In this document: positions 21,630-31,079 of the stretch, in pieces | How positions within the stretch are numbered: position 1 is the stretch's first letter | How the letters are laid out: every line of letters starts with the position of its first letter | Origin: Candidatus Poribacteria bacterium | GTDB taxonomy: Bacteria > Poribacteria > WGA-4E > PCPOR2b | DNA length: 64,000 bases | Reading direction: 5' to 3' | Assembly: GCA_965215015.1 (NCBI GenBank) | Contig: OZ244042.1 | Location: 5,312,001-5,376,000 of the forward strand | Notes under the pieces: model-generated | Databases searched by the model: none | What the model was told of the DNA's origin: nothing | Seen by the model: only the letters and a program-made list of their open reading frames with translations | Position numbers and translations under genes: made by a program

Positions 21630-22790
21630 ATGGCAAATCAACCCACCGTCACGATTGAACAATGGTTTACCGAGGGCTGGAAGCTGTACAAACGGCATCC
21701 GGTCACTTTTTTCTTTGCAAGTTTGCTTGGATCGTTAATTTGTATCCCACCGGCTTTTCTGTTTTTCGCTGCCCCGCTTTATGCGGGTTTGTATTATATG
21801 GCGTTGAAAGTGATGCGTGGAGAAAAGCCACGGATTCGCGATATTTTCAAGGGATTTCGCCGGTATTGGGGCGCGTTATTTCTATGGTGGTTATCTCTGA
21901 TTGCATTTATCGTGCTGTGTACAACGGGGATTGGCATCTTGGTAACACCACTGGTCTGGGCGATTTCGATGTTGGCGTTTCCATTGCTAATTGATGAACG
22001 GAAAGGCGTTGGTTCCGCCTTTGATACTGCGTTTAAGACTGTGTTTACATGGAAGAATTGTGCACGATTGTGGCTGTATGGATTGGCGGTGCCCCTTGTC
22101 TCATGTCTTGGCGTGTTGGGTTTTTTCTTCGGTCTTTTTATCACCGTTCCGCTTGCCGTTTGTGTTCAAGTGATTGCCTATCGGGACCTCTTCAAGCCTG
22201 AGGAAGCCATTCAACAGGAGGTGCTTGAGCCGTGGCAGGAATATCCCTTCAAACTCAAAGCCAAATATATTGGACCTGTTTCGCGAATTCGTGACATCCG
22301 CAACCAAATTTTTGAGCAGATTCATTCTGCTAACGATGGTGTCAAATCGCTGCTGGAAGGTTCGATTGAGCATATTGATAATGTTTTCGCGAAAGCTGCC
22401 CACCTCATTCATCGTCAACAACAGCTTGATGACTACCTAGAAACAACGAACATGCAAACGCTGCACAATGAAAAGATAGAAATCACGAGAAAATTGGCAG
22501 AGTCACCCAACGCTGCGGTGTATGCTCAATATGAGGAGGCATTACAAACCCTTGAGGAACGTATTGAAAATCATGGGCGGCTTGAAGAATTAAGGCAACA
22601 GATTGATGCGCGGTTAATGACAATTCGTGTGTCGCTTGACAACACACATGCCAAAATCATCCGGATCCGGACGACCGAGATAAGTAACGCTCATCTTGAA
22701 AGTGATGATGTTTCTAAAGCCTTGCGCGATTTACAGATTGAGATGGATGCGTTGTTGAAGAGTCTAGATGAAATGTCGGAGGCAGCTTGA
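21630..22790 (+). CDS. Membrane protein (N-terminal multi-TM domain) fused to a long C-terminal coiled-coil
   Basis: Hydrophobic helices in aa ~25-185, then ~190 aa of heptad-rich helical sequence. Confidence 0.75.
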   Translation: MANQPTVTIEQWFTEGWKLYKRHPVTFFFASLLGSLICIPPAFLFFAAPLYAGLYYMALKVMRGEKPRIRDIFKGFRRYWGALFLWWLSLIAFIVLCTTGIGILVTPLVWAISMLAFPLLIDERKGVGSAFDTAFKTVFTWKNCARLWLYGLAVPLVSCLGVLGFFFGLFITVPLAVCVQVIAYRDLFKPEEAIQQEVLEPWQEYPFKLKAKYIGPVSRIRDIRNQIFEQIHSANDGVKSLLEGSIEHIDNVFAKAAHLIHRQQQLDDYLETTNMQTLHNEKIEITRKLAESPNAAVYAQYEEALQTLEERIENHGRLEELRQQIDARLMTIRVSLDNTHAKIIRIRTTEISNAHLESDDVSKALRDLQIEMDALLKSLDEMSEAA

Positions 22791-22831
22791 CAGGATAGCC
22801 GTTGGTTCATTAGTTCATGCTCATTTTTTCA

Positions 22832-23526
22832 GTTTGTAGTAGCGCGATTGATTGTGCGTCCCAACGGGTGATGAATCGCCCTACTCCATACATGAGGAAA
22901 CGATGATGCGGTTTGTAGTAGCACAATTCATGGCGCGTCCCAACGGGCGATGAATCGCCCTACTCCATACATGAGGAAACGATGATGCGGTTTGTAGTAG
23001 CGCAATTCATGGCGCGTCCCAACGGGTGATGAATCACCCTACTACATACGTGAGGAAACGATGATGCGGTTTGTAGTAGCACAATTCATGGCGCGTCCCA
23101 ACGGGCGATGAATCGCCCTACTCCATACATGAGGAAACGATGATGCGGTTTGTAGTAGCACAATTCATGGCGCGTCCCAACGGGTGATGAATCACCCTAC
23201 TACATACGTGAGGAAACGATGATGCGGTTTGTAGTAGCACAATTCATGGCGCGTCCCAACGGGTGATGAATCACCCTACTACATACATGAGGAAACGATG
23301 ATGCGGTTTGTAGTAGCGCAATTCATTGCGCGTCTCAACGGGCGATAAATCCCCCTACTCCATACATGAGGAAACGATGATGCGGTTTGTAGTAGCGCAA
23401 TTCATTGCGCGTCCTAACGGGCGATCAATCCCCCTACTCCATACGTGAGGAAACGATGATGCGGTTTGTAGTAGCGCAATTCATTGCGCGTCCCAACGGG
23501 CGATCAATCCCCCTACTACATACATG
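22832..23526. repeat. Tandem array of 9 x 79-bp GTAG-REP doublets (REPIN/BIME-like)
   Basis: GTAG starts at 22836, 22915, 22994, 23073, 23152, 23231, 23310, 23389 and 23468 (exact 79-bp period). Each unit has GTAGTAGCGCAATTCATTGCGC and the inverted GGGCGATGAATCGCCCTAC. Confidence 0.95.
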
Positions 23527-23548
23527 GGGTGATAGTGGAGGAGGAAGT

Positions 23549-24997
23549 GTGGAAAGGGAGAGCGACTGTCGGACTTCAGATTTTCATGTTGTATTATTGA
23601 GCAACTCTCAGATTAGAAGGGTTTTTCTGCCCTGTTTTTTTTATTTCGCGTTCTTTTGTTGGATAGCTACCGCGGCTGAATCCGCGCCACACCCAAGATT
23701 TGGAGGCATCTTACAGGGGGCAATTTTTCAGCCAGTTACAACGCTTGATGCGGTCAACTATCTCAGTTTTGCGGAGTTACAGGTCGCATCAAATCTGTAC
23801 GAGGGGTTGGTAAAACGAGATCGGTTCGGACGAATGGGTGCTGCCGTTGCCCAGGGGTGGACGCATTCCGATGATCACCGAATTTGGACATTTGTAATCG
23901 CACAGGGGATAGCATTTCACAACGGCAAACCGGTGACAGCGGTTGATGTGAAACTGGCTTGGGAGCGATTTGTGCGAGATGGGGTATGGCTGGTTTCTCC
24001 ACAACCCTTATTGCTGATTCGAGGTGCCGAGGCGTATCGAAACAACACGGTGACACAGATTGAAGGGATTCAGGTGCTTGATGATTCCCGCCTCCAAGTT
24101 ACATTGGAAGCGGGTGATCCGGAATTTCTGGGGAAACTGACCTCGCCGGCGGCGTGGGTAGTAACACCGGGGGATTCGCAACCCATTGGTACGGGGCAAT
24201 TTCGCTTGGAGTCCTTTGGTCGGACAGAGGTGCGATTGATGGCGAACTCGGATTACGTTTGGGGCAGCCCTTATTTGGAGCAGCTGACTTTCCGTTATTA
24301 TGCAAATTTAGATGAAGCTCTGTTTGATTTTGAATCGGGCGTTTTAGACGCCTTGCCGCTTCCCGTTACAGAGGTGGAGAGACGCCAACGTGAGCGGCTT
24401 GATGACATTTTGATCCAGACAGATGCGGCAACGCTTGTATATCTTCGTCTACCCGATGAGGTTGAGCTTGTCAGGGTGCCGCAAACCTCACCTGGACCGA
24501 CTTGGCACAATGTGCTGAAATATGCCGTTGATCCACGCGCACTCTTACATTTACAGTACGGGGAAAATCCCTCCAAAATGGTATTGGTTCCCTTTCCGTT
24601 ACCCCACAATCGTGTAAAGGCGCGCAGACGGTTGAGGCATGCAGGGTGGAATGAGCCGCTCAATCTGGTCTATGCACAGCTGCCGGACAACACGGGCAAT
24701 GCGATTGCAACGTGGCTAGCGCGTAATTCTCTTTCGCAGATTGGGTTGCAGGTAGAGGTCAAAGCGGCGGATCCCGATAGTTTACAGGGCGGATTCAAGG
24801 GAGATACGACGTTGGCTTTGCTATCCATGCCAGTTGCGCTAGAAAACGGTGCTGCATCTTTAAACATCGGTCCGCCCAATTCTTTGATTCCGCTTTATCT
24901 CCTACCTGCTAGCTTTCTATGTCAGTCGAAGGTCCGGGGAGTGAAGGTTGTATCGGGGGGCGTCCTTGCATTTGAGGGCGCGTGGCTAGCGCAGTGA
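23549..24997 (+). CDS. ABC transporter substrate-binding protein, family 5 (OppA/DppA-like)
   Basis: GGIL...TLD...NLYEGLV, WTF...FHNGKPVTAVDV, PIGTGQF. GTG start after GGAGGA; the ORF-track start at 23405 lies inside the repeat. Confidence 0.8.
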   Translation: MERESDCRTSDFHVVLLSNSQIRRVFLPCFFYFAFFCWIATAAESAPHPRFGGILQGAIFQPVTTLDAVNYLSFAELQVASNLYEGLVKRDRFGRMGAAVAQGWTHSDDHRIWTFVIAQGIAFHNGKPVTAVDVKLAWERFVRDGVWLVSPQPLLLIRGAEAYRNNTVTQIEGIQVLDDSRLQVTLEAGDPEFLGKLTSPAAWVVTPGDSQPIGTGQFRLESFGRTEVRLMANSDYVWGSPYLEQLTFRYYANLDEALFDFESGVLDALPLPVTEVERRQRERLDDILIQTDAATLVYLRLPDEVELVRVPQTSPGPTWHNVLKYAVDPRALLHLQYGENPSKMVLVPFPLPHNRVKARRRLRHAGWNEPLNLVYAQLPDNTGNAIATWLARNSLSQIGLQVEVKAADPDSLQGGFKGDTTLALLSMPVALENGAASLNIGPPNSLIPLYLLPASFLCQSKVRGVKVVSGGVLAFEGAWLAQ

Positions 24998-25240
24998 TGC
25001 GTGATTTTAGGAACGAGTTGACATCTGCTCACCCCGAGTGACTAATGCGGAATAATACATAATGCGTAAGGGAGGGTGCAAAGATACCCGGAACATCGCG
25101 CAACAGTTTTGGCTCAATTTACCAAACACCAGAGTCCCACACGATTGGTATTTGATCCCGAAGTTTTTTGGTGAAAACTCGGGGGCTGTTGCACGATTTC
25201 TTAACATGAGCCACTTTATTTTTCGTGGAGGATATATTCT

Positions 25241-26101
25241 ATGCGTGGATTAGATTCTGAACAGATTGCGTTTTACAAAGATCGAGGCTACCTCTTAGTG
25301 GAGGATGTGATCCCTGTCGAGGCCTTGCAACTGCTGATTTCGGAGTTAAACGAAACCGTGGACCGGAACGCTCGAAAAGCGCGAGCAAAGGGAGAGTTAT
25401 CTGAGCTTTTTGAGGATGAGCCTTTCGAGCGGCGGTTGGCTCGGATTGTGGAATCTGTTACCCATCCGTCTGATACCTCATTTACTGATACCCTCTTCGA
25501 GGGATTGCACGGTAAGTTAAAGACAGAGGGTATGTTTGCCCTGCTGACGCACCCGGCTATCTTGGACATTGTTGAATCGTTGATTGGGCCAGAAATCCTG
25601 GCGCATCCCCAGTTCAATATCCGTCCGAAATTGCCCAATCAGGATACTTCTGTGGTTCCCTGGCATCAAGACTTAGGGTATTTACAACCGGACGCTTCAA
25701 AGACTTTTATGGTCAACTTCTGGATTCCGCTTGTGGATGCAACGGTGGAGAACGGTTGCATGGAGGTGATTGCAGGAAGCCATAAGGCACCGCTGATTAA
25801 CCATGTTACAGGGTTGGGACCGGGGCGCAATTTTAAGGGCATTGTCGATGCGGCGTTGCCCGATGGTGAGCAGGTCCAGTGTCCGGTCCGATTAGGCAGC
25901 GTGTTGCTCATCCAGCATAAAACCATTCACCGCTCGGTGCCGAACGGCTCCGACCACGTCCGCTGGAGTTTAGACCTACGCTATAGCGATTCTCGGATGC
26001 CTACCGGGCGGGATGGGGTGCCGGGGTTTATCGCGAGAAGCAAGGCACAGCCAGCGTCTGTGGCAAATAACCTTGAGGATTGGCTAAAATTGTTTGAGTA
26101 G
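25241..26101 (+). CDS. Phytanoyl-CoA dioxygenase (PhyH) family 2OG-Fe(II) oxygenase
   Basis: PWHQD, WIPLVDATVENGCMEVIAGSH, TIHRS..N.S..R.S. Confidence 0.9.
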   Translation: MRGLDSEQIAFYKDRGYLLVEDVIPVEALQLLISELNETVDRNARKARAKGELSELFEDEPFERRLARIVESVTHPSDTSFTDTLFEGLHGKLKTEGMFALLTHPAILDIVESLIGPEILAHPQFNIRPKLPNQDTSVVPWHQDLGYLQPDASKTFMVNFWIPLVDATVENGCMEVIAGSHKAPLINHVTGLGPGRNFKGIVDAALPDGEQVQCPVRLGSVLLIQHKTIHRSVPNGSDHVRWSLDLRYSDSRMPTGRDGVPGFIARSKAQPASVANNLEDWLKLFE

Positions 26102-26104
26102 ATA

Positions 26105-26683
26105 ATGATTAGAAAAGTAAGCATGGCATTTTGCCTCATCGTGACCGTTCTGTTTATTTGGGTCTGGCACCATCAGAGTCAGTTTAATGACCATTCGCGC
26201 AAGGGCTTTTTTCATTTGAGGAATGGCGAATTGGATGAAGCGGCTGAGGCGTATACCAAAGCGATCAAGAACAAAGAGCGGACAATCTTTTTCACTCAAG
26301 AACCTTCGGCGTATAATAATCTCGGTCAAGCGTATCTGCGTAAAGGGGAGTACGCTTCGGCGATCGCTGCGTTCCAAAAAACACTGGCAATGCGGCCCGA
26401 TGCGGTTGGGGCTTATATCAATCTGGCAACCGCCTATCTGAAACAGAACTTACCAGATTCGGCGATTGAATCTTGTGAATCCGCAATTGAGATAGCCCCA
26501 GATGTTGCACACCTCCACTTTAACCTCGCTTGTGCCTATGCGCTTAAAAACGAGGACCAGAAATCAATTGATTCCCTCCAGAGAGCGGTTGCGCTTGATG
26601 GACGGATGCGGATACTTGCAAGAGAAGACAGCGTATTCGATCGCCTCCGCTCACACCCCATTTTTTCTGCTTCGTCTAAGTGA
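26105..26683 (+). CDS. Membrane-anchored TPR protein
   Basis: N-terminal TM; TPR units AYNNLGQAY, AYINLATAY, HFNLACAYAL. Confidence 0.85.
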   Translation: MIRKVSMAFCLIVTVLFIWVWHHQSQFNDHSRKGFFHLRNGELDEAAEAYTKAIKNKERTIFFTQEPSAYNNLGQAYLRKGEYASAIAAFQKTLAMRPDAVGAYINLATAYLKQNLPDSAIESCESAIEIAPDVAHLHFNLACAYALKNEDQKSIDSLQRAVALDGRMRILAREDSVFDRLRSHPIFSASSK

Positions 26684-26689
26684 GTAACC

Positions 26690-27450
26690 TACCCCCCTCA
26701 GTCCCCCCGCAAGCAGGGGGAGCTACCCCCCTCAGTCCCGAATACTCACACGGTATCTCTTCCCCCTGCTTGAGGGGGGTAGGCTCAATGAGGCAGGAAC
26801 TGACGGACAACCCACCGGGTATTTAGCAGGGGGGAATTTGTTGGTGGGGGCCAATCCGTGGAGGGTGGTATCGCTGCTGAGGGTAAGAACGCGCAATGAA
26901 TTGCGCTACTACAAACAGGAGAAAAAGGAGGTGTGCCCTACCGCTAAGATAAGAACCCACCCCCCTAGCCCCCCCGCAAGCAGGGGGGGATTTGTTGGTA
27001 GGGGCCAATCCGTGGAGGGTGGTATTGCTGCTGAGGGTAAGAAGTGCGGTCGTTCCCTACTGCTAAGATAAGAACCCACCCCCCTAGCCCCCCGCAAGCA
27101 GGAGGGAAGACGTGCAATGAATTGCACTACTACAAACTCACGCCCCCTCTATACCCCCGCAAGCCGGGGGGGATTTGTTGGTGAGGGACAATCGGTGGAG
27201 GGTAGTATCGCTCTAGTAAGATGGGTTCGGCTTGTGGTTTTGTGAATGAAGTGCTGAATCTTCGGGACAGGATATGGCAGTGTCCGAACGGCGATACAGA
27301 GTTAGATAGAGATTGCACCGCTGGGGGAAAGCCCCCCTAGCCCCAAATACCCATACGGTATCTCTTCCCCCTGCTTGCGGGGGGATTGAGGGGGGTAGGG
27401 TCAATGAGGCAGGAACTGACGGACAACCCACCGGGTATTTAGCAGGGGGA
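26690..27450. repeat. Mosaic intergenic repeat cluster, same modules as 2790-3800
   Basis: Shares TTGTTGGTGGGGGCCAATCCGTGGAGGGTGGTATCGCT, CTAAGATAAGAACC, CCCCGCAAGCAGGGGGG, CAATGAATTGC(G/A)CTACTAC and GGACAACCCACCGGGTATTTAGCAGGGGG. Confidence 0.9.
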
Positions 27451-27609
27451 GGGAGAGGGCCGCAGGTTCCGCTTCCCTCTAAAGGGAATGCTTATGGCCT
27501 CGTGGATTCATCGGGAGAAGAACGCAGAGAATACGGTTCTCCCGCTTTATGAGTCTCTCAATGAGTTTCTTAGGTCAATAGGTGTCGCTGCGGTTGTGAA
27601 AATTTCTGC

Positions 27610-27638
27610 TTGACAATTTGTGGGTTGGTATGTATAAT
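27610..27638 (+). promoter_or_regulatory. Perfect sigma70 promoter of the tRNA/rpmG-secE-nusG operon
   Basis: TTGACA-N17-TATAAT. Confidence 0.85.
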
Positions 27639-27652
27639 TAACAGTTGCGTTT

Positions 27653-27725
27653 GCTGGCGTAGCTCAGTTGGTAGAGCGAGTGATTTGTAATCACTTAGTC
27701 GGGGGTTCAAGTCCTCTCGCCAGCT
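27653..27725 (+). tRNA. tRNA-Thr(TGT)
   Basis: Cloverleaf GCTGGCG...CGCCAGC, anticodon loop TTTGTAA, GTTCAA T-loop. Confidence 0.95.
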
Positions 27726-27743
27726 TTCACTCTATCTTAAAGT

Positions 27744-27825
27744 GGGGGGATACCCAAGTGGTCAACGGGAGCAGACTGTAAATCTGTTGGCACTGCCTGC
27801 GGAGGTTCAAATCCTTCTCCCCCCA
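27744..27825 (+). tRNA. tRNA-Tyr(GTA)
   Basis: GGGGGGA...TCCCCCC acceptor stem, loop CTGTAAA, long variable arm. Confidence 0.95.
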
Positions 27826-27873
27826 TCATTCCTAAGCGTCGGAGACGCGGCCCTGTGGCGTCCCAAGCAAAAC

Positions 27874-27946
27874 GCGGGAGTAGCTCAGTTGGTAGAGCAT
27901 TGGCCTTCCAAGCCAATTGTCGCGGGTTCAAGTCCCGTCTCCCGCT
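27874..27946 (+). tRNA. tRNA-Gly(TCC)
   Basis: GCGGGAG...CTCCCGC, loop CTTCCAA. Confidence 0.95.
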
Positions 27947-27983
27947 TTTAGGTTTTGCTTCCAGGCGTGTGTTTCCTAGTTAT

Positions 27984-28059
<76 letters not shown>

Positions 28060-28104
28060 TCCCGTTTTTTGACTCGCTGCAGTCAAAGGAAATTGGGGGG
28101 TATT

Positions 28105-28257
28105 ATGCCAAGAGATATTGTCACGTTGGCGTGTGATGATTGCAAACAGCGAAATTATGCCACAACAAGAAACAAAAGAACGCAGCAAGCGCGTTATGAG
28201 TTGAAGAAATATTGTCGCTATTGTCGTAAGCACACACCGCACAAAGAGGTTCGATAG
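28105..28257 (+). CDS. rpmG: 50S ribosomal protein L33 (Zn-binding type)
   Basis: MPRDIVTLACDDCKQRNY...LKKYCRYCRKHTPHKE. Confidence 0.95.
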   Translation: MPRDIVTLACDDCKQRNYATTRNKRTQQARYELKKYCRYCRKHTPHKEVR

Positions 28258-28280
28258 CGTTTTAATTAATTTTGTCTTGC

Positions 28281-28354
28281 AGGCCAGTAGCTCGAACGGC
28301 TAGAGCGTCGGTCTCCAAAACCGAATGTTGGGGGTTCGAATCCCTCCTGGCCTG
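28281..28354 (+). tRNA. tRNA-Trp(CCA)
   Basis: AGGCCAG...CTGGCCT, loop CTCCAAA, canonical position before secE. Confidence 0.95.
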
Positions 28355-28376
28355 CCTTTTTTGTTTTTGGTGACCT

Positions 28377-28754
28377 ATGATAACACGTATAAAGACGTTT
28401 ATTCGAAACATTCGGGCTGAATGGGATAAGGTATCCAAGCCGGACCGGAAGGAAGTGCAAGGCAATACCCTTGTGGTGATTGTGGCTTGTGTAATTTTGG
28501 GAATTTTCCTCTGGATCGTTGACGGAAATACAGAGTATCCCGGGTGGGTTTCTATACACGGTATCATTTTACTGGTAGGAATTATCGTGTGTGTAACCGT
28601 GGTTGCAAAACGCTATACACCGAGATGGCCAATTGCGTTTTTAATTTCCCTCATTCCATTGATAGTTGTGGCTGCTTCCTATTTCGCTCTCAACTATTCC
28701 ATTGAAGGTTTCGGGCTGGCTTTGTTACGTAGCCTGTTCATTCGGACAGGTTAA
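28377..28754 (+). CDS. secE: Preprotein translocase subunit SecE (extended C-terminus)
   Basis: FIRNIRAEWDKVSKPDRKEV..NTLVVI motif; lies between tRNA-Trp and nusG. Confidence 0.85.
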   Translation: MITRIKTFIRNIRAEWDKVSKPDRKEVQGNTLVVIVACVILGIFLWIVDGNTEYPGWVSIHGIILLVGIIVCVTVVAKRYTPRWPIAFLISLIPLIVVAASYFALNYSIEGFGLALLRSLFIRTG

Positions 28755-28794
28755 TCCGCGGGCAAGTCTAACTGATTTCAGATGTAGGTGCGTT

Positions 28795-29340
28795 ATGGAC
28801 GGTTTTTGGTATATTCTTCATATCTATTCTGGGCATGAAAAAAAGGTAAAACTAAACCTTGAGCAACGGGCGCGAGCGTTGGGGTTAGAGGAAGAAGTTT
28901 GCCAAGTAATTGTTCCAACCAAAGAGGTTGTAGAAATTAAAAACGGCAAAAAACGGACATTTGAACGTCCATCTTACCCCGGCTATCTCCTCGTCCAGAC
29001 AGCACACGAACTTCGCGCAGATGCTTCAAACGAGGCAAGTCAGCGGAGTTGGCACCTCATCCAAGATACGCCGAGTGTTATGGATGTTATTGCCCCACTT
29101 ACTGAAGAAGAGGTTCAGCATGTTCTCAATCTGTCAACAGATGAGGAGAAAAAGCCGGCACCTCCAATGGTAGAGCACGCGATTGGCGATAAAGTCCGAG
29201 TGATTGATGGCCCGTTTAAGGAGTTTCCCGCAGAGATTAATGGGATTGACGCAGATAGACAACGCCTACATTTGACGATTTCTATCCTAGGCAGATCTAC
29301 GCCGATTGAACTGGATCATTTCCAGGTAGAAAAGATATAG
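28795..29340 (+). CDS. nusG: Transcription termination/antitermination factor NusG
   Basis: WYILHIYSGHEKKVK, YPGYLLV, KOW GDKVRVIDGPF, ILGRSTPIEL. Confidence 0.95.
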   Translation: MDGFWYILHIYSGHEKKVKLNLEQRARALGLEEEVCQVIVPTKEVVEIKNGKKRTFERPSYPGYLLVQTAHELRADASNEASQRSWHLIQDTPSVMDVIAPLTEEEVQHVLNLSTDEEKKPAPPMVEHAIGDKVRVIDGPFKEFPAEINGIDADRQRLHLTISILGRSTPIELDHFQVEKI

Positions 29341-29347
29341 GTTCCAT

Positions 29348-29485
29348 TTGCAAGAGGAATTAGCGGAGTTGCCGATTGGTGAATTGGGACGCCGGATTGA
29401 GCAAGCAATTCAGAAGTTAATCGGTGAGAGACAGGAGCAGCACCCTGAAGGTCCAGAGAAACCGAGGGATTAGGAGGGGAACGCC
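29348..29485 (+). repeat. Orphan duplicate of the 3' end of gene 31080-31739 plus RBS
   Basis: Near-identical to 31614-31751 (offset 2266 bp); begins 8 bp after the nusG stop. Confidence 0.9.
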
Positions 29486-30469
29486 ATGTTCAGGCTATCC
29501 TATGACAAAAGGCTGTTCCGTTTGGCCCTTTCAATTTTCTTATTATTGATAGCGAAAACCCCAGTCCCCGCCGTTGGTGCTGACGGTAAACTTATCTTCA
29601 GCCATAGGGTTGAATTGTGGACGATGAACCCCGACGGCACCAATCCGCAAGCTCTAGGCATTGAAGGGAGGCAACCGAGTTGGTCGCCAGATGGCAGCCA
29701 AATTGTGTTTATAGTTTACCACCGTGGCGATAAAATGGGAGGCAAAAACCGGTTTACCGAAACGTTCATCATCAATGCCGACGGGAGTGACCGGCGTTTG
29801 CTGATGAGTACCCAACATTTAGAGTGGAGATTGGATAGCCTTCCGGTCTGGTCTCCAGATGGCAGCCGCATCGCTTTTTTTTCTAATCGTCCCGGGCGAG
29901 ATGACATTTTCGTCATTGATGTTGCGGGGGAGAATCTGACCAATTTGACGAATTCACCAGAGATTCATGAACGCGTCCCATCGTGGTCTCCGGATGGGAC
30001 GCATATCCTGTATAAATCATGGGATGACCATTTTCACACGCTGCGTTTAGCCGATGGGCATAAAACACAGGTGACTCAGGCCCAAGGAGATCGCCGCTTC
30101 CCCGTCTGGTCGCCGGATGGGAAACAGATTGCCTTCGCCGGCGATGTACGGGGTGAGGTAGATAATTTGGATATCTATATCATGGACATCGAAACCGGCG
30201 TCGAAGAACGACTGACAGTCCACCCTGACGATGATTTTCGCCCTGCATGGTCTCCGGATGGGAAGCATATCGTGTTTGAATCCAAGGGGGATGGGGGGTA
30301 CGATCTCTATCGTATCACGGTCGCTTCAGGAGAAGTGGTCCGGTTAACCCAGCTCCATGAAGTCAATGGATTTTTCTCAGATTGGTGTTGCATCGGGGCG
30401 TGGCCGGCAAACGTCAATCCGCGCCATCGCGAACTAATTCGGTGGGGACAGTTGAAAGTCAATCGCTGA
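29486..30469 (+). CDS. Secreted PD40/TolB-like beta-propeller, copy A
   Basis: Signal peptide, repeated PxWSPDG blades, C-terminal VNPRHRELIRWGQLK. Confidence 0.9.
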   Translation: MFRLSYDKRLFRLALSIFLLLIAKTPVPAVGADGKLIFSHRVELWTMNPDGTNPQALGIEGRQPSWSPDGSQIVFIVYHRGDKMGGKNRFTETFIINADGSDRRLLMSTQHLEWRLDSLPVWSPDGSRIAFFSNRPGRDDIFVIDVAGENLTNLTNSPEIHERVPSWSPDGTHILYKSWDDHFHTLRLADGHKTQVTQAQGDRRFPVWSPDGKQIAFAGDVRGEVDNLDIYIMDIETGVEERLTVHPDDDFRPAWSPDGKHIVFESKGDGGYDLYRITVASGEVVRLTQLHEVNGFFSDWCCIGAWPANVNPRHRELIRWGQLKVNR

Positions 30470-30528
30470 TTAAACGGATTAAAGGATGCCACAGATTAAA
30501 TCCGCGAAGTCAATAGGAGACGATAGTA

Positions 30529-30590
30529 GTTGACCCGAGCGAAATTCACGCTGCTATTTGCGATTTTACTGAATCCGTATAGCGTCTCCT
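30529..30590 (+). pseudogene. Degenerate 5' remnant of the matrixin gene
   Basis: Encodes LTRAKFTLLFAILLNPYSVS*, matching MLPRATFTLLFAIILNL of 34848; preceded by the same spacer as at 32739-32795. Confidence 0.7.
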
Positions 30591-31079
30591 GACATTGAGA
30601 TAGGATCGGCAGAAGCACCGGGGACAACTGTAGTTACACCCACTACACCAAACGCTTCTTGAGAAATGCGAGCCCAACTCAACATCAACCTCATGTTTCC
30701 CCTCACGCTCGGGGGTACCTCGATGGCAGGATGCGGCATAAATCTGCCAGCAGGTAAAGGAGATATATGGTAGGACTCACGCATTTCCACAGGGAACACC
30801 GCTCGTTGTTCCCTACGAACCCCTTATCGCACCTTTACTGTATATAGTTGCCCGATTCATCGGGCGTTGGTAACGGTGTCCAGCGGCGATAAATCGCCGA
30901 GGATACCGTGACTCTTGTGCTAGAGTCATGGCTCAACCCACCCTGAACATTGCGCGACCTTTTCTGGTGTTGGCTTTGAGCGTTCAATCGCGTAATTCCT
31001 AGTATGATATAATGCAACTGTCTTCGAGAAAACCTGATGCGATATTTTATTTCAATCCTAATTTAACAAGGAATTCAAG

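Noticed and set aside
22832-23526. CRISPR array
   Set aside because: The whole 79-bp unit repeats, there are no unique spacers, and no cas genes are in the window.
23405-23548. N-terminal extension of the solute-binding protein
   Set aside because: It derives from the last repeat units; a GGAGGA RBS supports GTG 23549.
30566-30799. 77-aa minus-strand ORF inside the island
   Set aside because: No RBS or recognisable motif, and it starts within a REP; possibly a gene scrap but unsupported.
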